A stretch of 64,000 nucleotides of DNA from Carcharhinus amblyrhynchos (lineage: Eukaryota): contig OZ336876.1 in NCBI GenBank assembly GCA_965287045.1, positions 26,722,001 through 26,786,000 on the forward strand, given 5' to 3'. Shown piece after piece: positions 49,201-59,908 of the stretch (its first letter is position 1; every line of letters begins with the position of its first letter). Made by a program: the position numbers and the translations under genes. The notes below the pieces were generated by a model, which did not search any database, was not told the DNA's origin, and was given only the letters and a program-made list of their open reading frames with translations.

Positions 49201-49252
49201 TATGCTTCTTACCACTCAACTGAAAAAAGTCAGTTGAGTGGTAAGAAGCATA
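49201..49252. repeat. Perfect 23-bp inverted repeat with a 6-nt loop (intronic)
   Basis: TATGCTTCTTACCACTCAACTGA-AAAAAG-TCAGTTGAGTGGTAAGAAGCATA. Confidence 0.95.
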
Positions 49253-49499
49253 ATCCTTCATTTAGCATGAGCAAATCCACAGGCAATCATTTGGCAATTT
49301 TAAATGTGATCAGGAAAGACCAGGCTAAACATTCAGGATTGTATTAAATACAGAAATAGGAGACAGGTCAAATGCTGAGCAACAATGAAACAATGCAATT
49401 GATTAAAAAGAATGTAACTAAATGCAGAATGCTATTCTAAGGGCATTTCTTACTCTTGAGGCAGGTGTTGAGAGTCCAGAAATTCACTAGCTTGCTGCA

Positions 49500-49692
49500 T
49501 ATGTCTCAGAAGAAATTCTTCTGAATGGTGCGATTTTTCATCCCAGGAGTGGGGCAGCTCCAATTCCCTGGGATGCAGATTGGAGGCAGCCACAGGAGTG
49601 GCTCTTTGCAGTGCTCATTTTGAAAATCCCGCAAAAAAATTGGTTGGAGTTACTCCAGTTTTTACACACTTAGAATTTTTTTTGGGACAATC
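49500..49692 (-). mobile_element. Fragment of the MITE family at 34899
   Basis: GAGTTACTCCAGTTTTTACACACTTAGAATTTTTTTTGGGACAAT is the approximate reverse complement of ATTCTCCCAAAAAAAAATCTAAGT..AAAACTGGACTAA. Confidence 0.55.
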
Positions 49693-49969
49693 TAAGTTAT
49701 GGATGCAGCAATGCTGGGCAAGGGAGAGAAATTACGACTGGTGTATTAATTGAAGTTCAGCTGAATGCTGTGTAAGCTCAGTAGCACAAAGCATGTAGTT
49801 TTGTTTCTTAAGGAGCTGCAATAAAACTGTATTTCTACACAGGCTTTCCAAAGTAACAGCACAATCAATATGGTGCTTGCAGTTATTAGGCACAATAAGC
49901 AACGATTCAATACAATGAAAAAAAAACAATGGAACCAAACACAGCTGTGTATCCAGCTATGTTTCTGTG

Positions 49970-50394
49970 TTTCCAGATTCAAATCCCACTGCAGGATCAG
50001 AGCTCAAAAATCTTGGCCGACAATCTTTTGCAGCACTGAGGGTGTGTTACACTGCTGAGGATGCCTCTTCTGGATGGGATGTTAAACCAAGGCTCCGTCT
50101 TCCCTCTCTGCTGGACGCAAAATATCCCATGTACTATTTTGAAGAGGAGGATGGGAGTTTGTCCTCAGCGTCCTGGCTAATATTTATCCCTCAATCAACA
50201 TTACAAAAGCAGATTAACTGGTCATTATCACTTAACTGTCTATGGGATCTTGCTGTGCTCAAAGTTGGCTGATGCCATTTCCTACATTACAACAGTCTCT
50301 GCACTTCTAAAATAACATACTTTATTAACTGCAATACACTCTAATGGTTGGTGGTCATGAAAAAGGCTACATTAACGCTACTCCTTTTTTCTTT
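49970..50394 (+). mobile_element. Deu-domain SINE (SacSINE1-like), best-preserved copy in the window
   Basis: B-box-like GATTCAAATCCC; Deu-like core GGATGGGATGTTAAACCAAGGCTCCGTCT...GGACGCAAAATATCCCATG...GTCCTGGCTAATATTTATCCCTC; L2-type tail ending TTTTTCTTT. Confidence 0.8.
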
Positions 50395-50894
50395 AAAGAT
50401 GTAAGGTGCAGTTGAAAGCCTACGTTGTACACTCCTCCATCTTAGGAGAAAACACCCAGAAGTGCTTCAATATTATTGCCTGAAGTTCCAAGATTTATAT
50501 AGGGTAAAGGATTGGAAGGCATAGTTCAATAATCAAGTACCAGAAGCCTTACAGCATAGAGAGTGGAGGAGCTTTTTCTGTTGGATTGATATACTTCTTA
50601 CAGCCGTTATTTCTAAAACCAGTGGTGGTTGCTGAAAGGGTCAATGCTGTGTGAAAAGTAACCCACAAAATTCGGAAGGATATTAAACAAAAAGGGCCTG
50701 AAGACCTTAAGATGTGGGAAATAGACAAAGAGACATACAAGAAAGTCATCAATCATATAACTGAAACACAGATGGAAACCATTCAGCATATCATGCCTAC
50801 GCTATTTAAACAAAAATTTTGTAGTAAGTGAAGACATAGCAGGCCAAACAACACTTGTACAGGGATCAGACACAAAGATGATAATGATAGACTT

Positions 50895-51135
50895 TTCTTT
50901 CTTTGTTTACAGGATGTGGGCATCATTGTCGGGGCTCGCGTTTATTGCACATCTCAAACGCTCTCGAGAAGGTGGTGGTGAATTTTCTTCTTGAACTGCT
51001 GTAGTCTGTATGGTGCAGGCACATCCACAGCATTGTTAGGAGGGAGTTCAAGGATTCTGATCCAGTGACCATGAAGGAACAGCGATATAATTTCAAGTCA
51101 AGGTGGTGTGGGATTTGGAAGGGACTTAAAGGAAC
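50895..51135 (-). mobile_element. LINE 3' end, same family as 31925-32546
   Basis: GGATGTGGGCATC..TTTATTGCACATC..GAGAAGGTGGTGGTGA..CTTCTTGAACTGCTGTAGTC..GTTAGGAGGGAGTTC. Confidence 0.75.
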
Positions 51136-52619
51136 TTGCACCCCAAAAGTACAAGATTTTCTCTTTGCGAAGAGTGGATCCTGCACCCTGTATAAATCTT
51201 AGAACCTCAGACAACAACACTGAAGTACTTTTAGATGTTTTTACCCAAGACGGAGGAGTGTACAAAGTAGGCTTTCATGTGCACCTTATGACAGAATCAA
51301 TAATATGAGACACGATGATCGCTACTCGCAAACATTCTTTCTAAAAGCATTAAAGTTGTGCATTATATTTAATTTTTCCCCAAATCTAATCCAAGGTTTT
51401 CCCAATAAGAAACTGGCTTGGACTTGAGTTATAAGCGTTTTGATATAGAATTGTATGTCTGGTGAATAGAATTCAATTCGGTACTCCTGCCATTGTACTC
51501 ATCTACATGAGGCAAGAACAATATTTGATTTGTGTCAACAAGAATTTTATGTGCTCTAGATTTATTATGTATATGCTGAGTAGTCTGTTATGTATTTGTA
51601 CCAGTTGTATAGTGTAATATTTTTACAGCTTGTTTAAACATACTGAAAGATTACATAGTTAGTGAGAAGTTAATGCAATATTAAAAAAAACATTTGGCTT
51701 GCAATGAAAGTCCTCAATATTGTATAGTGATGCAAGGTGTGTCAAGATACAAGATTGCTTTGCATAATATATTTGAGAATGTTCCAATATTCATCAAATG
51801 TAATTTACTCTCAGGCTCGTTTTTGTTTTGCCAAATTATATTCATAATGTTTGTTTACAAAATTTTTAGATACTTCAGCTTTCAATGAGGTTAACATTCT
51901 CATAAAAATCAAATGGATGTAAAATATCTGCAGATTGAGGACAATTAACATTGAATATTTTCCTCAGCAAAGGTGGAATGTGATCAGACTTTGTGAAATC
52001 ATTTCTTCTCATTGCTTTCTAATTGGGGTGGTTAGTATAAAACATGGCAGTTATTCTTCACCAGCTACGTAGGCATGTGCCAGTTTATTTGTTTCTTGGT
52101 GGACAGATGATATTGAGTGAGGAGACAATTGTGAGGAATGGGAGAATGAGGTGGGGTGCAAAGGTAAGCAAAATGTTTTGGGGTTGGGAGTCCACGCTGG
52201 CAAACTGAAGTTCCTCAAGTAGCTATCTCAATGTAACTGCTGGGATCACACTCACCTTTGCCTTCTTCCCTGCCTCAGGCCCTTGAAACTTTGATAAGAA
52301 TTCCTGGCTTTTGCCAGTGGGACCCATTTTAGTTCATATGGAGGTAAGCATGCATCATCAGGCTGAGTGCACTACCCCACAACACTGATCAATAGGGTTC
52401 CGATTCAGCTAAAAGAGTGGAGATTTTCTGAGTTGGGAGTCACCCTCTGGTCTATTCCATCTCATGATTTACTTTGATGAAACCATGTCTCCACAGATGA
52501 CAGATCTTTGCTTCCCCATTAGTTTCCTGCTGGAGTTATAGCAGGACAACAGGAATTTTGATGCGCTAGTGTTGTAGAAATGATCTCTATAAATAAGAAT
52601 TGATTCATTTTGGGAGGAA

Positions 52620-53610
52620 GAATTGAGAGAGACAATACAATAGGTACAATTCTGAAGAAGCACAGGGACTTAGATGCATAAGTGCATAAATCATTGGGCG
52701 TGGTAGAACAGGTTAGGAGAGTATACAGCGTCCTAGGCTTTTGTAATATACAAAAGCAAATATAAAACATGAAAGCTATGTTAAACTTGTTCAAAACATA
52801 GGTTTGCCTCAACTGGAGTACTGCATTCAGTTCTGGACACATTTAAAAGAAATGAAGGCATTAGAGAGAGAAAACTTTCAAGAGAATGGTTCCAGGGATG
52901 AGAAACTTTAATAATGTAGATATATTGGAGGAGTTGGCATTGTTTTCTTTGAAGAGAAGGTTGAGAGGAGTTTTGACAGAGGAAAAATGCTCCAAATGAT
53001 GAAAGGATCAATTAAAAAAAACGCACAAATTTAAGATAATTGGCAAAGGAAGCAATGCTGACGTGAGAAAAAAACTTTTTCATGCAGCAGGTTAGGATCT
53101 GGCATGCATTGCCTGACGGTGTGGTGGCGGCAAGTTCAATTGAAGAATTTGGGTTGTTATCTGAAAAGGATGGCACAGTAGCACAGTGGCTAACACTGCT
53201 GCTTCACAGTTCCTGGGTTCGATTCCCGGCTTGGGTCACTGTCTGTGTGGAGTTTGCACATTCTCCTTGTGTCTGCGTGGGTTTCCTCCTGGTGCTCTGG
53301 TTTCCTTCCATAGTCCAAAGATGTGTGGGTTAGGTTGATTGGCCATGCTAAAATTGTCCTGAGATGTGTGGATTAGTGGGTAAATATGTGGGGGTAGGGT
53401 TTGGGTGGGATTGTAGCCAGTGCAGACTTGATGGGCCAAATAGCCTTTTTCTGTACTGTAGGGTTTCTATGGCTTCTATCAAGAACATGCAGCACTCCAG
53501 GAAGAAGGTGGGGGAATGGTACAAGGTAAAGTACTCTGATAGATAGCTGGCATAGATACAACAAGCCAAAGGACCTCTTTATCTAATGCAACAATGCTGT
53601 GAGTCTATAG
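52620..53610 (+). mobile_element. Old CR1 3' fragment interrupted by a near-full HE1-like SINE (53169-53479, plus)
   Basis: CR1: GCCTCAACTGGAGTACTGCATTCAGTTCTGG...GGTTAGGATCTGGCATGCATTGCCTGA...TATCTGAAAAGG [SINE GGCACAGTAGCACAGTGGCTAACACTGCTGC...CTGTAGGGTTTCTATG] AAGAACATGCAG.... Confidence 0.85.
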
Positions 53611-55160
53611 GCTATGCCCAAAGAATCTGTACATCAAAGGCATTTATTATTATAGTATGGATTTATACTTTATCAATAATTGAACAAATGTCTTCCATGG
53701 TAGTTCTTGGAAGAATGGTTTAGATTTTTTCTGTACAGAAATAAGTTAAATGTCACTAATGATATTTGAGGAAATTTCCCAGTGCTGTAAATGGACTATG
53801 AACCGGGGAAGTGTGGGATATTACAAAGGAATTCAAGACCCCATGAGCTGAGGAGGGGAGATAAGAAGAGAAATTGCTATATCTTTACCCTTTCTGAGAA
53901 GTCCCATAAGTTAGACCAAAATGGTCTGGACCAGGTATGGGCAAAACAATGATCCACAATGAAACTGCCTGCTAATATTCAACATATAACCAGAAAATTG
54001 ATAGCGCGATCCTGTTAGTGCATATAACATACTTGAAATATTATCTTTGTGGTTTACACGTTAAGCTCTACTTACTTGATTGATTGCATTTTATTAGCTC
54101 CCTGTCGTTGATCCCTAGCCCTGCTTCTATTGCTGCAGATTGAAGATAACGTTGACTTAAACATCACAAGCCATTTAATACAATCAAATTGAGGCTGACA
54201 GTGCTAAGAGGGCACCACTCAAAGAGCAAAATATTTTGCACAAGATCTGTAAACATGTTTAGTTTACTTACTCAAAGCCATGAGCTAAATTTGACACTTG
54301 GAACTTGATTGCTATTTACACCACCCAGTAGCCCACAATGGGCAGGAGATAAAAATTAAAAAATGGCAAACAAGTTCCCAACCTGCTGCATTTTAAATGT
54401 CTGTCACAACTTTTACAGCAGCAAATTGCGAATTGTGCCCAAGTCCTGCCTTAGTGAGACAGAACACTTCAATTAGGTTTGTACAGTGGGGAAACCTGAC
54501 AGTGAATTGAAGACGAGAGTTGCTCTCTCCCGATGTCAATGCTTTTTCTTCAAGAGTACTCAATGTGAAACAAGACGGGCAGCAATGTTTATCGCCCAGG
54601 GCCCTCAGAAAGCCCTCATCCTCCCATCTTCCCAACTTGATCTCTCCTTGCTGCTCTTCCTTCCAGTTTCAAGCACCCCACCCCTCCCAAGGGGCGAACA
54701 AGTCCCCAACCTGCTGCAAGTCCCCTGCTACTTGCCAAACCTCCCTTGACTGCCAAGGACAGTCCCCAGCAGACCCTGACTCTTCTCTCCTGCTGTTGGC
54801 TTCCATGCCTGGCAGCCAACCACCCCGTCAATTTACCTGGCTGCTGGGCAGGAACTTGATGGAGAAAACAGTAATGGGGTCTTGCCATTAATATTGGGAG
54901 GACCTGTGTGTCTGTGGGACTTCCTCCCATTACAGCTCTGCCAACCAATCCTCTCTCTCCCGTATTTATAACTTGCATAAATAGGAGGGCTAATATCTAT
55001 GATAACTGCTGAACAAGTAAAATGAAGGCAGTGCACTGAATAAAGGTCACTGATACAAAGCTATGCAAAGATTCTAAAGGCTTGACTAATACTGTAAATG
55101 CAATGTAGCGCATAGTTTAATTTCAGCAGAGAATAAAGGTCATAAGCAGAGGCTGAAGAT

Positions 55161-55446
55161 CATAGAATAATAGAATCCCTACAGTGCAGAAGGAGGTCAT
55201 TTGGTCCATCGAGGCCACACCAACTACAATCCCACCCAGACCCTATCCGCATAACCCCATGCATTAACCCTAGCCAGTCCCTTGACAATCCACTTAATCC
55301 ATTCAGTGGAAGCCAGAGCACACAGAGGAAACACATGCAGAGAAGGGAAGAAAGTACAACCTCTGCACAGTCACCCAAGCTGGGAATCGAACCCAGGTCC
55401 CTGGCACTTTGAGACAGCAGTGCTAACCACTGCCACCGTGCCACCC
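55161..55446 (-). mobile_element. HE1-like V-SINE with internal deletion
   Basis: Head GGGTGGCACGGTGGCAGTGGTTAGCACTGCTG...GGGTTCGATTCCCAGC; tail CTGCACTGTAGGGATTCTATTATTCTATG. Confidence 0.88.
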
Positions 55447-58249
55447 TAATTGGAATGTGAACACAGGCGACATCCAGGCTGGTAGTATATTATCTACAGA
55501 TTAGTATGCATTCTTATGTTTTAAAATTGAAATTAAAACATATCCACTGTATTATACCTATTTGCTTTTGTGAACTGTTTCACTTATGCTTTCATCAGTA
55601 ATATGTACAAGAACATAAGGAAAGGAAATGGACATTTGGTTTATCAAAGCTCATAACTAGAGTGTTCAAACCATTCACAGTTTGAACATGCTAATACTTT
55701 TGTCTCTATTTCTGTGGTGGATCATATCAAACTTTCATTACTTGTCTGACTAAAAGTATTTGACTCAGTGCGGCATCAAGATGCCCAACATTAATGTCAA
55801 TAGCAATCAAGAGGAAATTCTCCACTAGCTGAATGAATAGAGCATGAATATGCCATTCAAATCATCAAATCTTCTTTATTGAAAGTGTGCAGACTTCTCT
55901 ATTATCCACTCCGCCCATTCTAATTTTGATCCATTAGTTGGATTGATACCAAGTAATATGGCTTGAACTTCAAATATCTTTCCTCATAACTCACCCTCTT
56001 TACATGTTCAAGTTTTATCTTCAAAAGCAAGCCATGCACCAAAGATAAGAACCAGACATAGAGTACTAGCAGTCGCACATGGATGGAAATGTAGTGTTAA
56101 GTGATGAAATTAGCTTAAAACAACAGGAAGCAGCACATACTTCACAAATTGAAGGAAATTTTGGAGGCAGGAAACATCTGCAACTGAAGCATCAACATTT
56201 TGTTACTCCACAATCTGTTGGAAAAAACTTTTGAAGTAATGAACAGAGATTTCTTATCATAAATGAAATATGGTTCCACTGAGACATAATACATAATCTT
56301 ATTATGAACAGAATGATATGGGAATTGAACTAGGTTTCATGTCTCTTCTCAAGCCTCATTAGATGTGAAGGGATGTTGCACATCTGAAGACTTACCCAGG
56401 ATCTGAACATGAGAGATTCTCATGCATTTCAACACAAATGCTCAATGAGGCTAACAGAGTTCCAGATACTGTATAATCGTTCTGTACAATCGTGTTGTTT
56501 ATACAACTACAAGAAAATGAATAGACCAAGAATGTGCCACTTAAATCATCAATTTTTTCCTATGGAAAGTGTGCAAATTTCTTTATTTTCCAATCCACCC
56601 ATTTAATGTTGAAGAAAGGTTGTTGCAAAGGTTCTCTCCGTCCCGTCCGTGCCGCAAAGATAAATCAGTCAAGACTCCAGAATAACCACTAAATGCCACA
56701 TCCTACATTACTGATTCCTTAATTAGCGGTGATCAATTTAAGAGATAATCTGATGCTGTAAACTTTTAAAAATCCCTAATGGCTTTCACAACGGCCTTGA
56801 GAGAATCTGTGGAGCAGCGGGGGATGTCCTTCTTCGGTTGGGGATGAGAGGTATCGTCAGGCAAGAGGGGGAAGGGAGCGTTAAACATCTTTACCTAATT
56901 ATGGAACATCTGACTGAGGAGTGCTTTATGTAGTTTTGAAGGGATTGTTTTTAATGCAAATTGCTGGAGGACAGAGCATCTTCTGAAAACTTGATGCTCC
57001 TTTAAGAAACCAAAACCGTGCAGTAAGTTTCTTTAAAAAGCTACAAAAATACTGCTGCAGACTTCAAAAAGCTAAGAAAGGAAATGCCTCCCAATAGAGT
57101 TGCTTTACTCTGCAAGGATGTGCATCACATCTGAAAATAACGTAGGATGCTAGAACTCTTAATCTTAAGTCACTCGGGGATACTGCTCATCACAGGTCCC
57201 TGTTAGACACTATACATTTGTTCAATTTAACCTGAACATAAAAACTACAAAGATTTGTTCACAACGATCAAGTTTGAGGCACAGTAAAGTTGCTAGTTTG
57301 CGCACTACATTTATTTTTAAATGACAAAATTAATAAATTCCATACATTATTCAATGACATATTTAAAAATCATACCATGCAGAGTAAATTGACGAGTAGA
57401 AAAATATTGTTGCAATAATCAGAAACCCTTTTAAAATCAAAGTAACTCTAACTCACTGCAGTGACATATCAAAACTGCACTGTACAATGCGCTGTACTGA
57501 AAGAAAGCTTAATCTCAGACTCCCAATAATACAAGTTCTCAATTTCAACTAATTCATCAGAATGGAACAAGGACTGGAAGGCCAGTCGATGCTGCCACAT
57601 CTTTCCCCATTTCCTGCAGGCTGATTAGACAATAATATCGCCAGAGGAATGATAGCAGGTACAACAATGAATTGGCAAGAAATTTGTCATCAAAATGTTA
57701 CCAAATCTTGAGAACATTTTGGAAATGTGGGAAGGTGGGAGGAAAAATGAAGCAGGCTTCATCTTTTTTGTAATTTTGATTCTAAACAATGAAACTTTTA
57801 TGAAAGTATAATTGACAAAAAATGAACTAGATTAATGAAAACAATAAAGAAATTACATTTATTTAGTGCAGTGTTCCCAATGAAAATATTAATAGCCACT
57901 CACTAATTGAAAATACATGAAATGTTTAAACATTATGGTTTTATAAAATTACACAGCCTTGCTTCATCTAGTTACAGAAAGGCAGGAGAAAGAAGCCATA
58001 CAATGATTAAAACAATGACTGACTAAAGAAGGCAAAGAAAGGTCAAAATCAGATAGAAGCTCAACAATTGCTAAGGAAGTGAAAAGTTCAAGGTCTGAAA
58101 TCACAATACAGTAGCAAAGAGATCCACAGCTGCGTTGGTGCGCAGTAATAAAGGATCATACACAATAGGTTGGTGAATATCCTGTATACTTCAAGGAGTG
58201 GATGCGATCACGTAAGTTCATTAACTATTTGCTGCTCCCTTTAATTTAC

Positions 58250-58391
58250 GATGATACGGAGATGCCAGTGATGGACTAGGGTTGGCACAGCAAGATACCA
58301 CTCACCTGATGAAGGAGCAGCGCTCCAAAAGCTCGTGATACCAAATAAATCTGTTGGACTTTAACCTGGTGTTGTGAGACTTCTTACTGTA
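58250..58391 (+). mobile_element. Solo Penelope-like terminal repeat with a hammerhead motif (58303-58337) and a short inverted leader
   Basis: CAC-CTGATGA-A-GGAGC-AGC-GCTCC-AAAA-GCTC-GTG followed by CCAAATAAATCTGTTGGACTTTAACCTGGTGTTGTGAGACTTCTTACTGT, which also occurs at both ends of the PLE at 59996-61995. 58254-58294 is the approximate reverse complement of 61951-61993. Confidence 0.8.
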
Positions 58392-58664
58392 CTTTATGAT
58401 GGCAGTTTTCTCCCTATCATTAATGCAGCATCTGCCTATTCTCATGCCCCTTCCCTCCTCCCAGCACTCCCCAACTCCCATTCCATGGTCCAGTAACTGT
58501 GGGTAACAGGGTATGATAAAAGACTTTGCCGAAACCTATGAGCTCCCGATAATATGCGACAATCAGGTCTGTTATTGTTGTCTTTGGTCTGGTAAGTGGT
58601 AGTCATAGTCCTGAACTTACAAATAAGGTATAGTACATGTAGGCTCTATATAAATGCAAGCTGT

Positions 58665-58902
58665 GCCCATAGTAGCAGATGTATGGGAACATCATCACCT
58701 TCCAAGTCACACATCAACCCTATATGCCATCGTTACTTCCTCTTCATTGGGCCAAAATTCCTGTATTCCCTCCTGAACTACAAAGTACTTTCAACTGCAC
58801 AAACTGCAGTGGTTTGAAATGGTGGCTCATCACTAACACGCTAGGGATCGGCAATAAATGCTAACCTTGCCAAGAATGCTCATATCCCCAGAACAAATAA
58901 AC
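58665..58902 (+). mobile_element. LINE 3' end, same family as 31925-32546
   Basis: GGGAACATCATCACCTTCCAAGTCACACATC..CGTTACTTCCTCTTCATTGGGCCAAAATTCCTG..GCTAGGGATCGGCAATAAATGCT. Confidence 0.65.
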
Positions 58903-59310
58903 AAAGGAAGTCAGCAATTCAAGTTTTCCCCACTTTGCCTACAAAGTCATTAAATCTGTGAACATCTTGATTGAGTGTTGCCTTCAAAAGACACCTTGTA
59001 AACCTCTCCAGAGCTCTTATTAATGAGCCTTTGTGAGGAACACAGAATAAGAAATCAGTGAGCGATCGTCCCACAGAAACTTCAGTGCTAAAAATACGCT
59101 CGATAGAGCCACAACAACGTGAGATTTGAACCAACATTTTCTGTTTTTCCAATCACCAGCTTGCGGTCATCTTCTCATTTACTTGAGTGGATAGGAAAAT
59201 CAAAGGCGCGTGAGTGCCCCAGCAGAGAACAAAACAATCTAGGTCTTGATTCTTGTTTGGAATTGTTGAATTCTTTAGGTTTGGTTATTACACTCAGAGG
59301 TCTCATGTAG

Positions 59311-59504
59311 TTTTCCCCGTGTCTGCATGGCTTCCCTCCAGATGCTCTGGTTTCTTTCCACAGTCCAAAAGAGGTGCACTGGCCGTGCCAAATTCTCCCT
59401 CAGTGTAACCGAACAGGAGTGTGGGGACTAGGGGATTTTCACAGTAACTTCATTACTGTGTTAATGTAAGCCTACTTGTGAAAATAATAAATAAACTGGA
59501 AACT
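59311..59504 (+). mobile_element. V-SINE with alternative tail, 5'-truncated
   Basis: CCCCGTGTCTGCATGG...AAATTCTCCCTCAGTGTAACCGAACAGG..GACTAGGGGATTTTCACAGTAACTTCATT..GTAAGCCTACTTGTGA..AATAAATAAAC. Confidence 0.8.
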
Positions 59505-59908
59505 TTAGTACCTTGTGTTATCTTTTGGTTTCTAAGATTTCTATAAATAAATCTTGGAGCAGATTTGTTTGGACGCAAGAGTCTAGTCATGCATTAGCTT
59601 TCTATCAAGGGATATGGGAGTGAGGGAGAATTTGATGATCAGCCATGCTCAAAATGACTGATGGACCAAGTTGCTGAATTGCCTCCTCCTGCTTCTATTT
59701 TCTATATTTCAATGTTTCTTTATGCTTCTGCGCTGATGGGGACACATGGTGGAGAGGCAATTTATCCTGCAGTAAGGAGTTGGCATCACACACAGTTGCT
59801 TCTGAAACTGGGGTGTGCTAATTCAGATTCAGGAGAGAAGGAAGCACCAGCAATTTGGTCTGCTTATAGAAACTGTGGTAGCTCAGTAGGGAAGACAGAA
59901 GCCACGTG

